From the NCBI GenBank assembly GCA_002299555.1, contig DBOL01000001.1, positions 39,903-92,154 on the forward strand: DNA of 52,252 bases, given 5' to 3'. Every line of letters starts with the position of its first letter. Positions within the stretch are counted from its first letter, which is position 1. This DNA comes from Candidatus Aminicenantes bacterium UBA647 (GTDB lineage Bacteria; Acidobacteriota; Aminicenantia; UBA2199). This document shows, piece by piece, positions 11,650 to 20,594 of the stretch. The notes beneath the pieces are model-generated. The model was given only the letters and a program-made list of their open reading frames with translations, made no database searches and was not told the origin of the DNA. The position numbers were made by a program, and so were the translations under genes.

Positions 11650-12925
11650 TATTGTTAAGGACGGGATCAGCAGAGGATTCTCTTCTGTAGAAGTTTCAAG
11701 GGAAAGAACTTTCATTACAAAATATCTCAGGAACGGAGGAATTCCGGTTGGCCACCTTTTGAAATTGCAAAAAATACATTGCCGTGCAATGTATGATTAT
11801 GGTGATCCTGTAACTTTTATGTTATCCGGCTCGGATAAAAGATCAGTGAATAATGGATTCAAACTGATCTCAGGATCATTTCCTTCATCGGGGAAAGAGA
11901 ACTTCAGAAAACTGATACCCCGGAAAGCCGATAAAGTAAAGATCGAAATATATGATCCCTCATTTGATGATATAGGGGAAGAGGATTTCACAGAGTTATC
12001 AGAACAATTAGAAGAGACAATATTGCATTTTCCCGGACTGAAGATCAGGAATGCAATTTTCACAAAAAGGAATCGCAAATTCTATCTCATCAATTCCAGA
12101 GGATTCAATGCCAAGTATAGAAAAACAATTTTTTCCGTCGCTCTTAATTTATCTCTGAAAGAGGGCTCGATCGATCTTAGTGACAACAGGATCTTTTTTA
12201 AGGATCTGGAGCCTTTCAAACTAATATCAAGGGGATATACTCTTCTGGATTCTCTTACCGATATTCCACCCCCACTCAACCGCTTTAATGATCTTGTTTT
12301 CTCACCGGAATCATCATCAGTAATGTTGAAAGTTTTCTCAAAGTTCTTCCTGCCGGCGAACAACCGGATTGCAGGAAAATTTAATTACCCTTCAGTATTG
12401 AACATTTCTGATGATCCTCTTATGGATTTCGGGGCAGGGTCGGTCCCGTTTGATGACGAGGGCATCCAGAGTGGGGTAACTAATATAATTAAAAAAGGGG
12501 TATTCGAATCATCTCTGACCGATCTCAGAACTTCACTTGAATATGGAATGAAACCTACCGGGAACGGCTTCAGGCGCGGGGGTAACCAGGCTTCTCCGGG
12601 TTTTACAAATTTATATATTAAACCGTCAGTTGTCAGTGTAAACGGGATTCTCAGGGATATATCTGAAGCAATACTTATTTCACTGATTAAACTGATCTCA
12701 ACTGAGAATGGCAACTATTTGTTCTCTGCATATGGATACAGATATCATAATGGAGAAAGGGGAGAACCTGTCCATTTTTTTATTAGTACAACTTTTCAGG
12801 ATTTTCTTCTCAACATTGAAAAGATATCAAAGGAGATCAAATTTTTCTATTCCGGATTCAATACGGGAGCGCCATATCTTCTTGTAAAAAGTAAGAAAAC
12901 CGGTGATAAAATGGTCAGGATCTGA
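11639..12925 (+). CDS. pmbA: PmbA/TldE family protein
   Basis: DDP, PFDDEG, TGNGFR, no HExxxH; overlaps the tldD stop. Confidence 0.8.
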   Translation: MISDIVKDGISRGFSSVEVSRERTFITKYLRNGGIPVGHLLKLQKIHCRAMYDYGDPVTFMLSGSDKRSVNNGFKLISGSFPSSGKENFRKLIPRKADKVKIEIYDPSFDDIGEEDFTELSEQLEETILHFPGLKIRNAIFTKRNRKFYLINSRGFNAKYRKTIFSVALNLSLKEGSIDLSDNRIFFKDLEPFKLISRGYTLLDSLTDIPPPLNRFNDLVFSPESSSVMLKVFSKFFLPANNRIAGKFNYPSVLNISDDPLMDFGAGSVPFDDEGIQSGVTNIIKKGVFESSLTDLRTSLEYGMKPTGNGFRRGGNQASPGFTNLYIKPSVVSVNGILRDISEAILISLIKLISTENGNYLFSAYGYRYHNGERGEPVHFFISTTFQDFLLNIEKISKEIKFFYSGFNTGAPYLLVKSKKTGDKMVRI

Positions 12926-12928
12926 TAA

Positions 12929-13945
12929 TTATTCGAAAAGTTTACCGACATTTGCAAACTCAAGCTCTGCATCAGTTACAAGGTCTGAGATTATATCCTT
13001 TACACTTTTCACTTCATCTACAAGCCCGACGCTCTGTCCGGCCATAAGTGAACCGGCTATAATATCGCCATCGACAACCGCTTTTTTCAATGCACCCATC
13101 CAATAACCCTCAACCTCATATTGAGCATCAATACGGGATATTTTATCCTGTTTCAGCTTTTTAAGTAATTCCAGCTGGAGTTTCCCGAAGTTATCCATCC
13201 CCTGATTCTTCAGTGCTCTCACGGCTACAACAGGCAGAGCGGAATCATATTGTGGAGTTGACATTGCTTCCCGGGATCTTGCTTTCATATATTTTTCTTT
13301 AAATACCGGATGGGCCGGACTCTCTTCAGACATTGCAAAAATAGTACCCATCTGTACTCCCGATGCTCCCATCATGAAGAGATGGCTCATCATTTTTCCC
13401 GTTGCGATCCCTCCTGCTACAAATATAGGGATGTCGGGGAACTTGAATAACACCTGCTGTATAAGCACTATAGTAGAAACGTGACCGATATGTCCGCCGG
13501 CCTCTGAACCCTCAAGTATTAAAGCGTCTGTTCCGTAGTCTATCATCCTCTGGGCAATCGATTCCGTGGATGCAAAACATGTTACTTTTGCACCTGAATC
13601 TTTTGCAATCTTTACCTCACTTTTTCTTGGGAAACTTCCTGCAAAAACAATGTGATCAACTCCGAGGTCGATGCAGGCGTTAAGGTGGTCCATGTAATTT
13701 GGAGCGATCGTTATTAGATTGGCGGCAAAGTTGGCTTTTATATCTTTCAGCTTTTTCAACTCTTCTATAAAAAGGTCTGTAGGCATATTCCCGGCTGCAA
13801 CAACACCGAATCCACCAGCATCACTAACTGCTTTGACCAGTTTATAGTCACTGATCCATGTCATTGCACCCGATATGACAGGATATTTTACGCCAAGAAA
13901 TTCCTGCCCCTGCTTCCAGTATCTTGTAGAAGATAATTTGTTCAT
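12929..13945 (-). CDS. Nitronate monooxygenase / FabK-like enoyl-ACP reductase flavoprotein
   Basis: GAMTWIS, AGGFG, EGSEAGGHIG, VAGGI, GASGVQMGT, GSLMAGQSVG. Confidence 0.88.
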   Translation of the reverse strand: MNKLSSTRYWKQGQEFLGVKYPVISGAMTWISDYKLVKAVSDAGGFGVVAAGNMPTDLFIEELKKLKDIKANFAANLITIAPNYMDHLNACIDLGVDHIVFAGSFPRKSEVKIAKDSGAKVTCFASTESIAQRMIDYGTDALILEGSEAGGHIGHVSTIVLIQQVLFKFPDIPIFVAGGIATGKMMSHLFMMGASGVQMGTIFAMSEESPAHPVFKEKYMKARSREAMSTPQYDSALPVVAVRALKNQGMDNFGKLQLELLKKLKQDKISRIDAQYEVEGYWMGALKKAVVDGDIIAGSLMAGQSVGLVDEVKSVKDIISDLVTDAELEFANVGKLFE

Positions 13946-13951
13946 AATTAG

Positions 13952-13980
13952 ATTTTAACAAATCCGGTCACATTAATCAA
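13952..13980 (-). promoter_or_regulatory. Extended -10 sigma70 promoter, probably leaderless
   Basis: Minus strand TTGATT, 17 nt ending TGT, TAAAAT, 6 nt, ATG (13945); no SD. Confidence 0.6.
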
Positions 13981-14112
13981 AAATGAAACGCTTTTTAGGA
14001 CGCGACGTTGCCATTTCTAAAGAAGGACAACAAGTCCCCGGCAGGGGGGTTCTTTTTTTGTTAACAAATGAATGATATTTGATTATAGTTGTTTGGTGTG
14101 TTAAAAAATTTT

Positions 14113-15018
14113 ATGGTACAAAAATCAAGTTTATCCCTGATCATTATTGTTTTGTTCATGTTTCCCGTTCTTTCCTTTTCCTCGGATGTTGAGTTTCCTC
14201 TTATACAGTCATTTTCTTATTTCCCTTATGTGAAAAATCATATGCTGGATAACGGAAAGAGTGATCTTGTTCTCGATGTTGGATATTCCAACATCTACAT
14301 GTTCAATTATGACAGGGATGTTGTAAATGATTTTGAATTTGGCAATGTGACTATCGGATACCGAAAATCTCTTCTGAGAAATCTTAATGTTGAGTTTTAT
14401 CTCCGGACAGGGGTCATCTACGGCGGGGTGATGGATAAATTGATAATCGATTTTCATAAACTCATTGGGAATGGAGAAGACGGCAGGGATGAATATCTCA
14501 GAAATACAGTAAACTATCAAAATAAAGAAGTATTTTCCTACAACAAATCGATGTTTATTACTGGTCCTTTTATAGCCGGAATTCTAACCAGGCTCTATGA
14601 TGGAGAGGATATCGATATTAATTTTCGTGCTTCATTAGGTATTCCTCTTCAGGAGAAAGCCGGGATCAGTACAGGTAAACCTTTTCTCTCAACCGGATTT
14701 CTCTTTTTGTACAGGAAAGACAAACTGGCAATTGACATGTCAATTTATGGATCGTTCTTCAAGATCCCCGATTGGTATGATTCACAAGAAGTCAGAAGCA
14801 GAATGTTCTTTTTTAATCTTCATGGAGCCTATAAAAAAGTATTTGGAGGTTTCCTGTTCAGGTCAACTCCATTCAGGGAAGGAGACCTCTCAAATCCTGC
14901 ATATCAGGTATATTTCGGTTACAGGATAACCGATTCTATAAGCATTGCAATGTATGAAGAGATTCCCCCGATGGATACTGTCTCTGATGTTACTTTCAGA
15001 TTAATATTTGAATTATAA
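14113..15018 (+). CDS. DUF3187-like exported / outer-membrane beta protein
   Basis: Signal peptide; GGVMDKLIIDFHKLIG...GR motif; alternating beta strands; aromatic residue near the C-terminus. Confidence 0.65.
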   Translation: MVQKSSLSLIIIVLFMFPVLSFSSDVEFPLIQSFSYFPYVKNHMLDNGKSDLVLDVGYSNIYMFNYDRDVVNDFEFGNVTIGYRKSLLRNLNVEFYLRTGVIYGGVMDKLIIDFHKLIGNGEDGRDEYLRNTVNYQNKEVFSYNKSMFITGPFIAGILTRLYDGEDIDINFRASLGIPLQEKAGISTGKPFLSTGFLFLYRKDKLAIDMSIYGSFFKIPDWYDSQEVRSRMFFFNLHGAYKKVFGGFLFRSTPFREGDLSNPAYQVYFGYRITDSISIAMYEEIPPMDTVSDVTFRLIFEL

Positions 15019-15029
15019 GAGACCTGTTT

Positions 15030-16247
15030 TTAAAATGAATTGAACCAGATTATGGTCGCTTTTATCCAGGGAATTATTGCAGTTTCATGATCTTTTCTGT
15101 AGAGAGGATGATATTCAACATTGCCGGATCCTGCCTGCTGAAATGCTGAATATGCAGTTTCCGAATTGAAAGACGGGACAACCTCATCCCAGGTTCCGTG
15201 ATAGAGCCTTGTAGGTATTTGAGGAGCCCAGTTATCATAAAGATCGTTCTCTGAGAAAGCCGCTTTAAGTTGATCCTCACCCTGCCCTCTGAAATCTGAC
15301 AGGAATTGATTTGTTAACAAATTTGACAGACTCGTTGTCAGCATATCATTGATCTGACCCTGAGTAAGATCCCCCTTCAGAATTCCTCCGGAAATATGGC
15401 CGTTGTAAGGTTCACGGAATATTGCAGATATGTCTCTTTCCCATCCGTAGTATTCGTTATATGCTGTTATAAGAAATGCAATATATGCCGGTGATAAAAG
15501 AGTCTTGGCATCAACCATTCTTTTTATTGACTCTGAAAGATGATATGCTCCGGCCCCCAGTGAAGATGCAACCATGGGAAATTCACCAGCATGATATTGC
15601 CTGATCTCACGCTGGACTGCCATTGCAGAATATCCGCCCTCAGAGTATCCTGTAATGAAATATTGATCGACGGGCACTTTGTCTAATTTCACACATAATT
15701 CTTTCACAGCCCGAAGCATATCAATTGATGCAGATGCAGTGGGATAATATAGATGGTACGGGTGGAGATGATCATTTGACTCACCATACCCGATAAGATC
15801 CGGTGATGCACAAATAAATCCGGTAGAAGCCATTATTATATTTAGTGCTGTTTCAGCCTCCATATTAAGACCGCCCCCATAGTTGGATGGAGCCCTGCTG
15901 TCCTTAAAGATAGTTCCATGATGATAACTGAGGATAGGTAGTGCCTCTCCGGTTTCAGGAATTGTAACAGCTCCTGATGCAATTATCTCAACTCCTTTAT
16001 AATTGGTTCTGTATGTTATCTCATAAACTTTAACCGGATAAGTGATCAATTGCTGGATCTGGTTATCGTTAAAGTCAGAATAGTTAAGGCTGTTAATTAT
16101 CTGATTTATCAGATCAACAGATACAATTGAAGGTGTCAGAGTTCTATAAGATTTAAGAATGGATTGTTCCTCTGCTTCATCTACCACACAACCCGCTAAT
16201 ATAATAAATAAGATCAAAACAAATATTTTTGCTATTTTATTATGCAT
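15030..16247 (-). CDS. Lipoprotein alpha/beta hydrolase (secretory lipase-like)
   Basis: Lipobox LAGC; YHHGT, PDLIGYG, nucleophile GYSEGG, HG..D.VVP, C-terminal His. Confidence 0.87.
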   Translation of the reverse strand: MHNKIAKIFVLILFIILAGCVVDEAEEQSILKSYRTLTPSIVSVDLINQIINSLNYSDFNDNQIQQLITYPVKVYEITYRTNYKGVEIIASGAVTIPETGEALPILSYHHGTIFKDSRAPSNYGGGLNMEAETALNIIMASTGFICASPDLIGYGESNDHLHPYHLYYPTASASIDMLRAVKELCVKLDKVPVDQYFITGYSEGGYSAMAVQREIRQYHAGEFPMVASSLGAGAYHLSESIKRMVDAKTLLSPAYIAFLITAYNEYYGWERDISAIFREPYNGHISGGILKGDLTQGQINDMLTTSLSNLLTNQFLSDFRGQGEDQLKAAFSENDLYDNWAPQIPTRLYHGTWDEVVPSFNSETAYSAFQQAGSGNVEYHPLYRKDHETAIIPWIKATIIWFNSF

Positions 16248-17255
16248 TTAATTCCATACTCCCGGTATTTCTGCAGCGCAATTTTCACATTTTCCATGGG
16301 AGAGGCCGATTGCTGCAGTATGATATCCTCTCCTGTTTATTAGTGTCTCTCCACATTTATGACATCTTGTATCGCCCCATTTCCCCGAGTCAAAATTTCC
16401 ACCATACACGTATTTTATCCCATTCTTTTCACCATGGTTCAATACCTTTTCGATCAATCCTGTATCAGTGGGTTCTTTGTCCCCGAAACGATAATGGGGA
16501 AAGAATCTTGACACATGCCAGGGGATCTCAGGATTGGTTTCCGAAATAAATGATGTAAGCATTTCTATCTCTGTTTCTGAAGTGTTGATCTCCGGGATCA
16601 GAAGTGTGGTTAACTCCAGCCAGCAATCGGAACTACTCAGATTTCTGATAGTTTCAATTACCGGTGCCAGTCTACCGCCACATTGTTCAGAATAAAACTT
16701 TTCTGAAAAAGATTTCAGGTCAATATTGGCACCATCCAAAAGGGGGATCATCTGGTCAAGAGCAGGTTCTGAGATGAATCCATTACTAACCATTACATTC
16801 TTCAACCCTGCATTTTTTGCTGCTATTGCAGTTTCGTACATAAGTTCAAAATATACGGTCGGTTCAGTATAAGTATACGATACCGAAGAAGCTCCCGCCC
16901 TGATCGCTGCCTGGACAATCTCTTCCGGATCTATATCCTCTCCTGCCAATTCCGATCCTTCTGTGACAATTGAAATTGAATGGTTCTGGCAGAACACGCA
17001 TTTAAAATTGCATCCCATCGCTGCAATTGAGAGAGATTCAGAGCCAGGCAGGAAGTGGTAGAGTGGTTTTTTTTCGATAGGATCTGAATGGATCGCTGTA
17101 ACTTTATCCGAATTAAGAGAATATAGTTTCCCACCGAAGTTTTTTCTAACGCTGCATTTGCCTGTCTGTGCTTCTTTAAGAACACAGAGATGGGGGCATA
17201 ATGTGCATTTTACTATTCCCTCTCCATTAGGTTCGCTGAACATCCCTGGGATCAT
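16248..17255 (-). CDS. amrS: AmmeMemoRadiSam system radical SAM enzyme
   Basis: CTLCPHLC, DPIEKKPLYHF, CNFKCVFCQN, YTYTEP, NIDLK, PWHVSRFFP, C-terminal CxxC pairs. Confidence 0.93.
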   Translation of the reverse strand: MIPGMFSEPNGEGIVKCTLCPHLCVLKEAQTGKCSVRKNFGGKLYSLNSDKVTAIHSDPIEKKPLYHFLPGSESLSIAAMGCNFKCVFCQNHSISIVTEGSELAGEDIDPEEIVQAAIRAGASSVSYTYTEPTVYFELMYETAIAAKNAGLKNVMVSNGFISEPALDQMIPLLDGANIDLKSFSEKFYSEQCGGRLAPVIETIRNLSSSDCWLELTTLLIPEINTSETEIEMLTSFISETNPEIPWHVSRFFPHYRFGDKEPTDTGLIEKVLNHGEKNGIKYVYGGNFDSGKWGDTRCHKCGETLINRRGYHTAAIGLSHGKCENCAAEIPGVWN

Positions 17256-17261
17256 AATTAC

Positions 17262-17582
17262 TCAGATCACCTCTTTGAGTTTCTCCACAATAAGTGCCGG
17301 AGGTACTGAACCTGTTATTTGTGTTCTTACACTTCCGTTTTTGATGAACAGAAGAGTCGGTAATCCTCTCACAAAGTATTTTGATGATATTAATGGATTC
17401 TCATCAACATTGACTTTCAAAATTTTTACGGATGTGCTGTATTCCTCGGCAATCTTTTCCAGGCCCGGTTCGATCTGTTTGCACGGCAAGCAGGTCGGTG
17501 ACCAAAAATCGACGATATATGTGCCCGGTTCATCGATATATTCATGAAAATTCAGGTCATTTGCTGGAACTAATTGACTCAT
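17262..17582 (-). CDS. Thioredoxin family protein
   Basis: VDFWSPTCLPCK, KVNVDEN, VRGLPT. Confidence 0.9.
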   Translation of the reverse strand: MSQLVPANDLNFHEYIDEPGTYIVDFWSPTCLPCKQIEPGLEKIAEEYSTSVKILKVNVDENPLISSKYFVRGLPTLLFIKNGSVRTQITGSVPPALIVEKLKEVI

Positions 17583-19013
17583 TTATTTCTCCTTGGTTAA
17601 TTGTCTGTAAATTTTCAAATATTCTTTTCCCGGTTTACTCCAGGAAAAATCTTTTCCCATACCCCGCATGGCGATCTTTTTCCATTCGGACGGTAGTTTG
17701 TACAGTTCTGCTGCCTCCAGCAGTGATGTGGAGAGTGCAGAACTTGTCTTCTCTCTGAATTTGAATCCTGTCCCTGCCTTGTTGTTAATATCATCGATGG
17801 TATCGTCAAGTCCACCTGTTGAACTAACGACAGGGATGGTTCCGTAACGAAGAGCGTACATTTGTGATAATCCGCAGGGTTCATACAATGAAGGCATCAC
17901 AAAGATATCACCAGCTGCATAAAGCTTGTGAGATAACTCCTCATCAAACTTTTTGAAAAATTTAAGTCTCGGGGTTTTTTTCTCTAACTTGGTAAGGCTC
18001 ATCTCCAACTCTTTTTCGCCTGTTCCAAGAACAATGAAATCAATATCATTTTTCCGAAGATCATTTATAGAGTTCAGAAGGAGTTCTATCCCTTTTTGTG
18101 AGGCGAGCCTGGTAATTGCCACTGCAAGTGGAGAGTCGTTTTTGAAAGGGAGCTTGTACTCTTTGTAGAGGGATATTTTATTTCCCTTTTTTTTGTTGAA
18201 ATTTTTTGCAGAATAGTTTTGAAATATGAAAGGATCATTCTCCGGAGCCCAGATGTTGTAGTCCGCTCCGTTCAGTATCCCTGAAAATTTTTTTGCATAG
18301 TGGCTCAGAACACCTTCAAGTCCGGCTCCGAATCCTGAGGTTAGAATTTCATTCGCATAATTCGGACTAACGGTTACCACCCGGTCACTATGGACGATAC
18401 CACCTTTGAGGGAGTTGATTTTTCCATAAAACTCCAAAGATTCAGGAGTAAAATAATAGCCCGGAAGATTTGTGTCCTTGAAATAGTAATGCTCAAAAAT
18501 TCCCTGGTAACCGAGATTGTGTATTGTAAGAATAGTTGAAGATTTGCTGAATACAGGAGAACTTTCCTCTTTTATCAATGCAGGAAGAAGTGAGGTTTGC
18601 CAGTCATTAACGTGGATGATATCATACCCTTCTCCCTCGTTGATGATAAATTGAATGACACTGTTTTGAAAAAAGAGGTATCTGAAAAAATTGTCGTGGT
18701 ATTCACGTTCATTACTTCCATAGATAAATTCACGTGCGAAGAAAAGGTCATTGGAAACTAGAAGTACCCGGAGATTCCCCCTTTTTTCAGCTTCATAAAC
18801 AATACAATTCAATTCATCTTCAGATATCCTGACCTTGAATTCATATAATTTCTTTATCCCGGGAAGAATATTTGTTGAATTTTTATAGAGTGGAATTATC
18901 AGAGTGACATCAGCTGATTCTGAGATTTTTTCAGAAAGTGCTCCGGCTACATCGCCAAGCCCGCCGCTTTTTGAGTATGGAACGGCTTCTGATGAAACGA
19001 ACAGAACCTTCAT
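17583..19013 (-). CDS. glgA: Glycogen synthase
   Basis: KSGGLGDV, HVNDWQT, TIHNLGYQG, MPSLYEPCGLSQM, TGGLDDT. Confidence 0.97.
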   Translation of the reverse strand: MKVLFVSSEAVPYSKSGGLGDVAGALSEKISESADVTLIIPLYKNSTNILPGIKKLYEFKVRISEDELNCIVYEAEKRGNLRVLLVSNDLFFAREFIYGSNEREYHDNFFRYLFFQNSVIQFIINEGEGYDIIHVNDWQTSLLPALIKEESSPVFSKSSTILTIHNLGYQGIFEHYYFKDTNLPGYYFTPESLEFYGKINSLKGGIVHSDRVVTVSPNYANEILTSGFGAGLEGVLSHYAKKFSGILNGADYNIWAPENDPFIFQNYSAKNFNKKKGNKISLYKEYKLPFKNDSPLAVAITRLASQKGIELLLNSINDLRKNDIDFIVLGTGEKELEMSLTKLEKKTPRLKFFKKFDEELSHKLYAAGDIFVMPSLYEPCGLSQMYALRYGTIPVVSSTGGLDDTIDDINNKAGTGFKFREKTSSALSTSLLEAAELYKLPSEWKKIAMRGMGKDFSWSKPGKEYLKIYRQLTKEK

Positions 19014-19042
19014 TAATTCTCCCTTTAACCTATCTCATAAGT

Positions 19043-19071
19043 ATTTTATTTTTTCACTATAGAAATGTCAA
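19043..19071 (-). promoter_or_regulatory. sigma70-type promoter for the glgA-trx-amrS-lipase operon
   Basis: Minus strand TTGACA (19071-19066), 17 nt, TAAAAT (19048-19043). Confidence 0.7.
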
Positions 19072-19099
19072 GAATTTTTTGTGAGAAATTTAAAAAAAA

Positions 19100-19146
19100 A
19101 CACAATATGTAGTGGTTCAACTAAAGTCATATCCTATCTGTAGTGA
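19100..19146. promoter_or_regulatory. Tandem NrdR-box-like sites
   Basis: ACACAATATGTAGTGG (19100-19115) and ATCCTATCTGTAGTGA (19131-19146), 31 bp apart; both resemble acaCwAtATaTwGtg. Confidence 0.6.
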
Positions 19147-19295
19147 TGATCTGAGGTTTCTGATCGGTTAAGATTTGGCACTAAAGGGCAGTTTGGGGGC
19201 TAACTTTTTTAGCGAAAAAATACAAAATTTAAAGAATTCTTCTAATTTTATTTAAAAGTTTTTCATTAAATACTATTATATAAGCAAGGTGTAAT

Positions 19296-19613
19296 ATGGA
19301 AACAAGAAAAGAAGAGAGGATTTACGGCGTTAAAGACCTGATAATCAAAGATGAAGGAAAGGAATTCAATGCAATCCTTACCAGTATTTCCACTACAGGG
19401 ATGTCTGTTATTTCCGATAGCACTTTCCCCACCTACAAAGAAATTGAAGTTAAGTTCAGGATCAACGAGAATTTGCTCTCAATAAGAGGGTCAATAAGAT
19501 GGGTGAATGACCACAAAGGAGAAGCCGGCTCGAACCTGAAAGAGATCGGTATTCTGTTCATTGATCCCCCCCCGGAATACAAAGAATATCTTGACGTCAT
19601 CCTGGAAACCTAG
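19296..19613 (+). CDS. Single-domain PilZ protein
   Basis: RKEER (RxxxR), SISTTG (degenerate D/NxSxxG), IRW...IGILF. Confidence 0.8.
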   Translation: METRKEERIYGVKDLIIKDEGKEFNAILTSISTTGMSVISDSTFPTYKEIEVKFRINENLLSIRGSIRWVNDHKGEAGSNLKEIGILFIDPPPEYKEYLDVILET

Positions 19614-19709
19614 GATTATCAGAACGTTTTTTTAATATTCAGTCAGTTCTTCTGCCAAACTTGAAAATGTCGGAGTTTGTAATATAATATCCATCTTTGA
19701 GGTAAAAAA

Positions 19710-20594
19710 ATGTTAATGCGAAATGAATGTGCTGTATGTATCCTGAACCAGATATTGAGAGCAACTGATTATATGGGCCTTGACAAGGAGAGGTCCGACC
19801 TTGTTTTTAGAGAAGCATTGAAGAAAACTCTGGAAACGGATTATGCAACCTTAACCCCTCCTCTTTTCTCAGGAAGGATATATGATGCGATAACAGATCT
19901 GACGGGGAACAAGGATCCATATAAAAAATTAAGAAAAGAGCAGAATGACCTGGTCCTGGATAATATTGAACTTTTCAGAAAAAAAATAGATGATTCCAAA
20001 GACCCTTTGTTCTCATCTCTCTTCTATTCTCTTCTTGGGAACATAATTGATTATGGCGGAGTTGAGATATTTGATACAGATCAGATATTTATAGATGTGG
20101 GAGATGTGGATCTTGCTGTAAATGATTACGAGAGATTAAAAGAAAAACTTAAGAATGCAGATACTCTTCTCATCATTTCAGATAATGCAGGTGAAGCAGT
20201 CTTTGATATGCTTCTAATGGAAAATGTGAAATTGAAGTATCCTGAGATAAAAATAACTTATGGTGTAAGATCGGGGCCTGCTATCAACGATATTATAAAG
20301 GAAGATGCGGAATATATTGGAATAGACGAAGTAGCAGAGATCATTGAGACAGGATCAACTTTTGCCGGGACGATGATAAGCCAATCAGACCCTGATTTTC
20401 TGGAGATTTATAATAGTTCTGATATTGTTGTCTCCAAGGGGCAGGGGAATTTTGAAACACTGGAAATGGAGACCGGAAAAGATATCTTTTTTATCTTCAA
20501 AGTAAAGTGCAATATTGTGGCAGAACATTCAGGATTAGAACGGGGATCCCTGGTCCTGAGTTACAGGGATTCGATCCCAGGCCCTTCCGCTTAG
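19710..20594 (+). CDS. ARMT1-like / DUF89 damage-control phosphatase
   Basis: ECAVC, DPY, GNIIDYG, DNAGE, PAIND, SKGQGNFE, KVKC. Confidence 0.92.
   Translation: MLMRNECAVCILNQILRATDYMGLDKERSDLVFREALKKTLETDYATLTPPLFSGRIYDAITDLTGNKDPYKKLRKEQNDLVLDNIELFRKKIDDSKDPLFSSLFYSLLGNIIDYGGVEIFDTDQIFIDVGDVDLAVNDYERLKEKLKNADTLLIISDNAGEAVFDMLLMENVKLKYPEIKITYGVRSGPAINDIIKEDAEYIGIDEVAEIIETGSTFAGTMISQSDPDFLEIYNSSDIVVSKGQGNFETLEMETGKDIFFIFKVKCNIVAEHSGLERGSLVLSYRDSIPGPSA

Noticed and set aside
19175-19190. Possible sigma54 promoter TTGGCACTAAAGGGCA
   Set aside because: The GC falls one base short of the strict -24/-12 spacing and there is no TTGC
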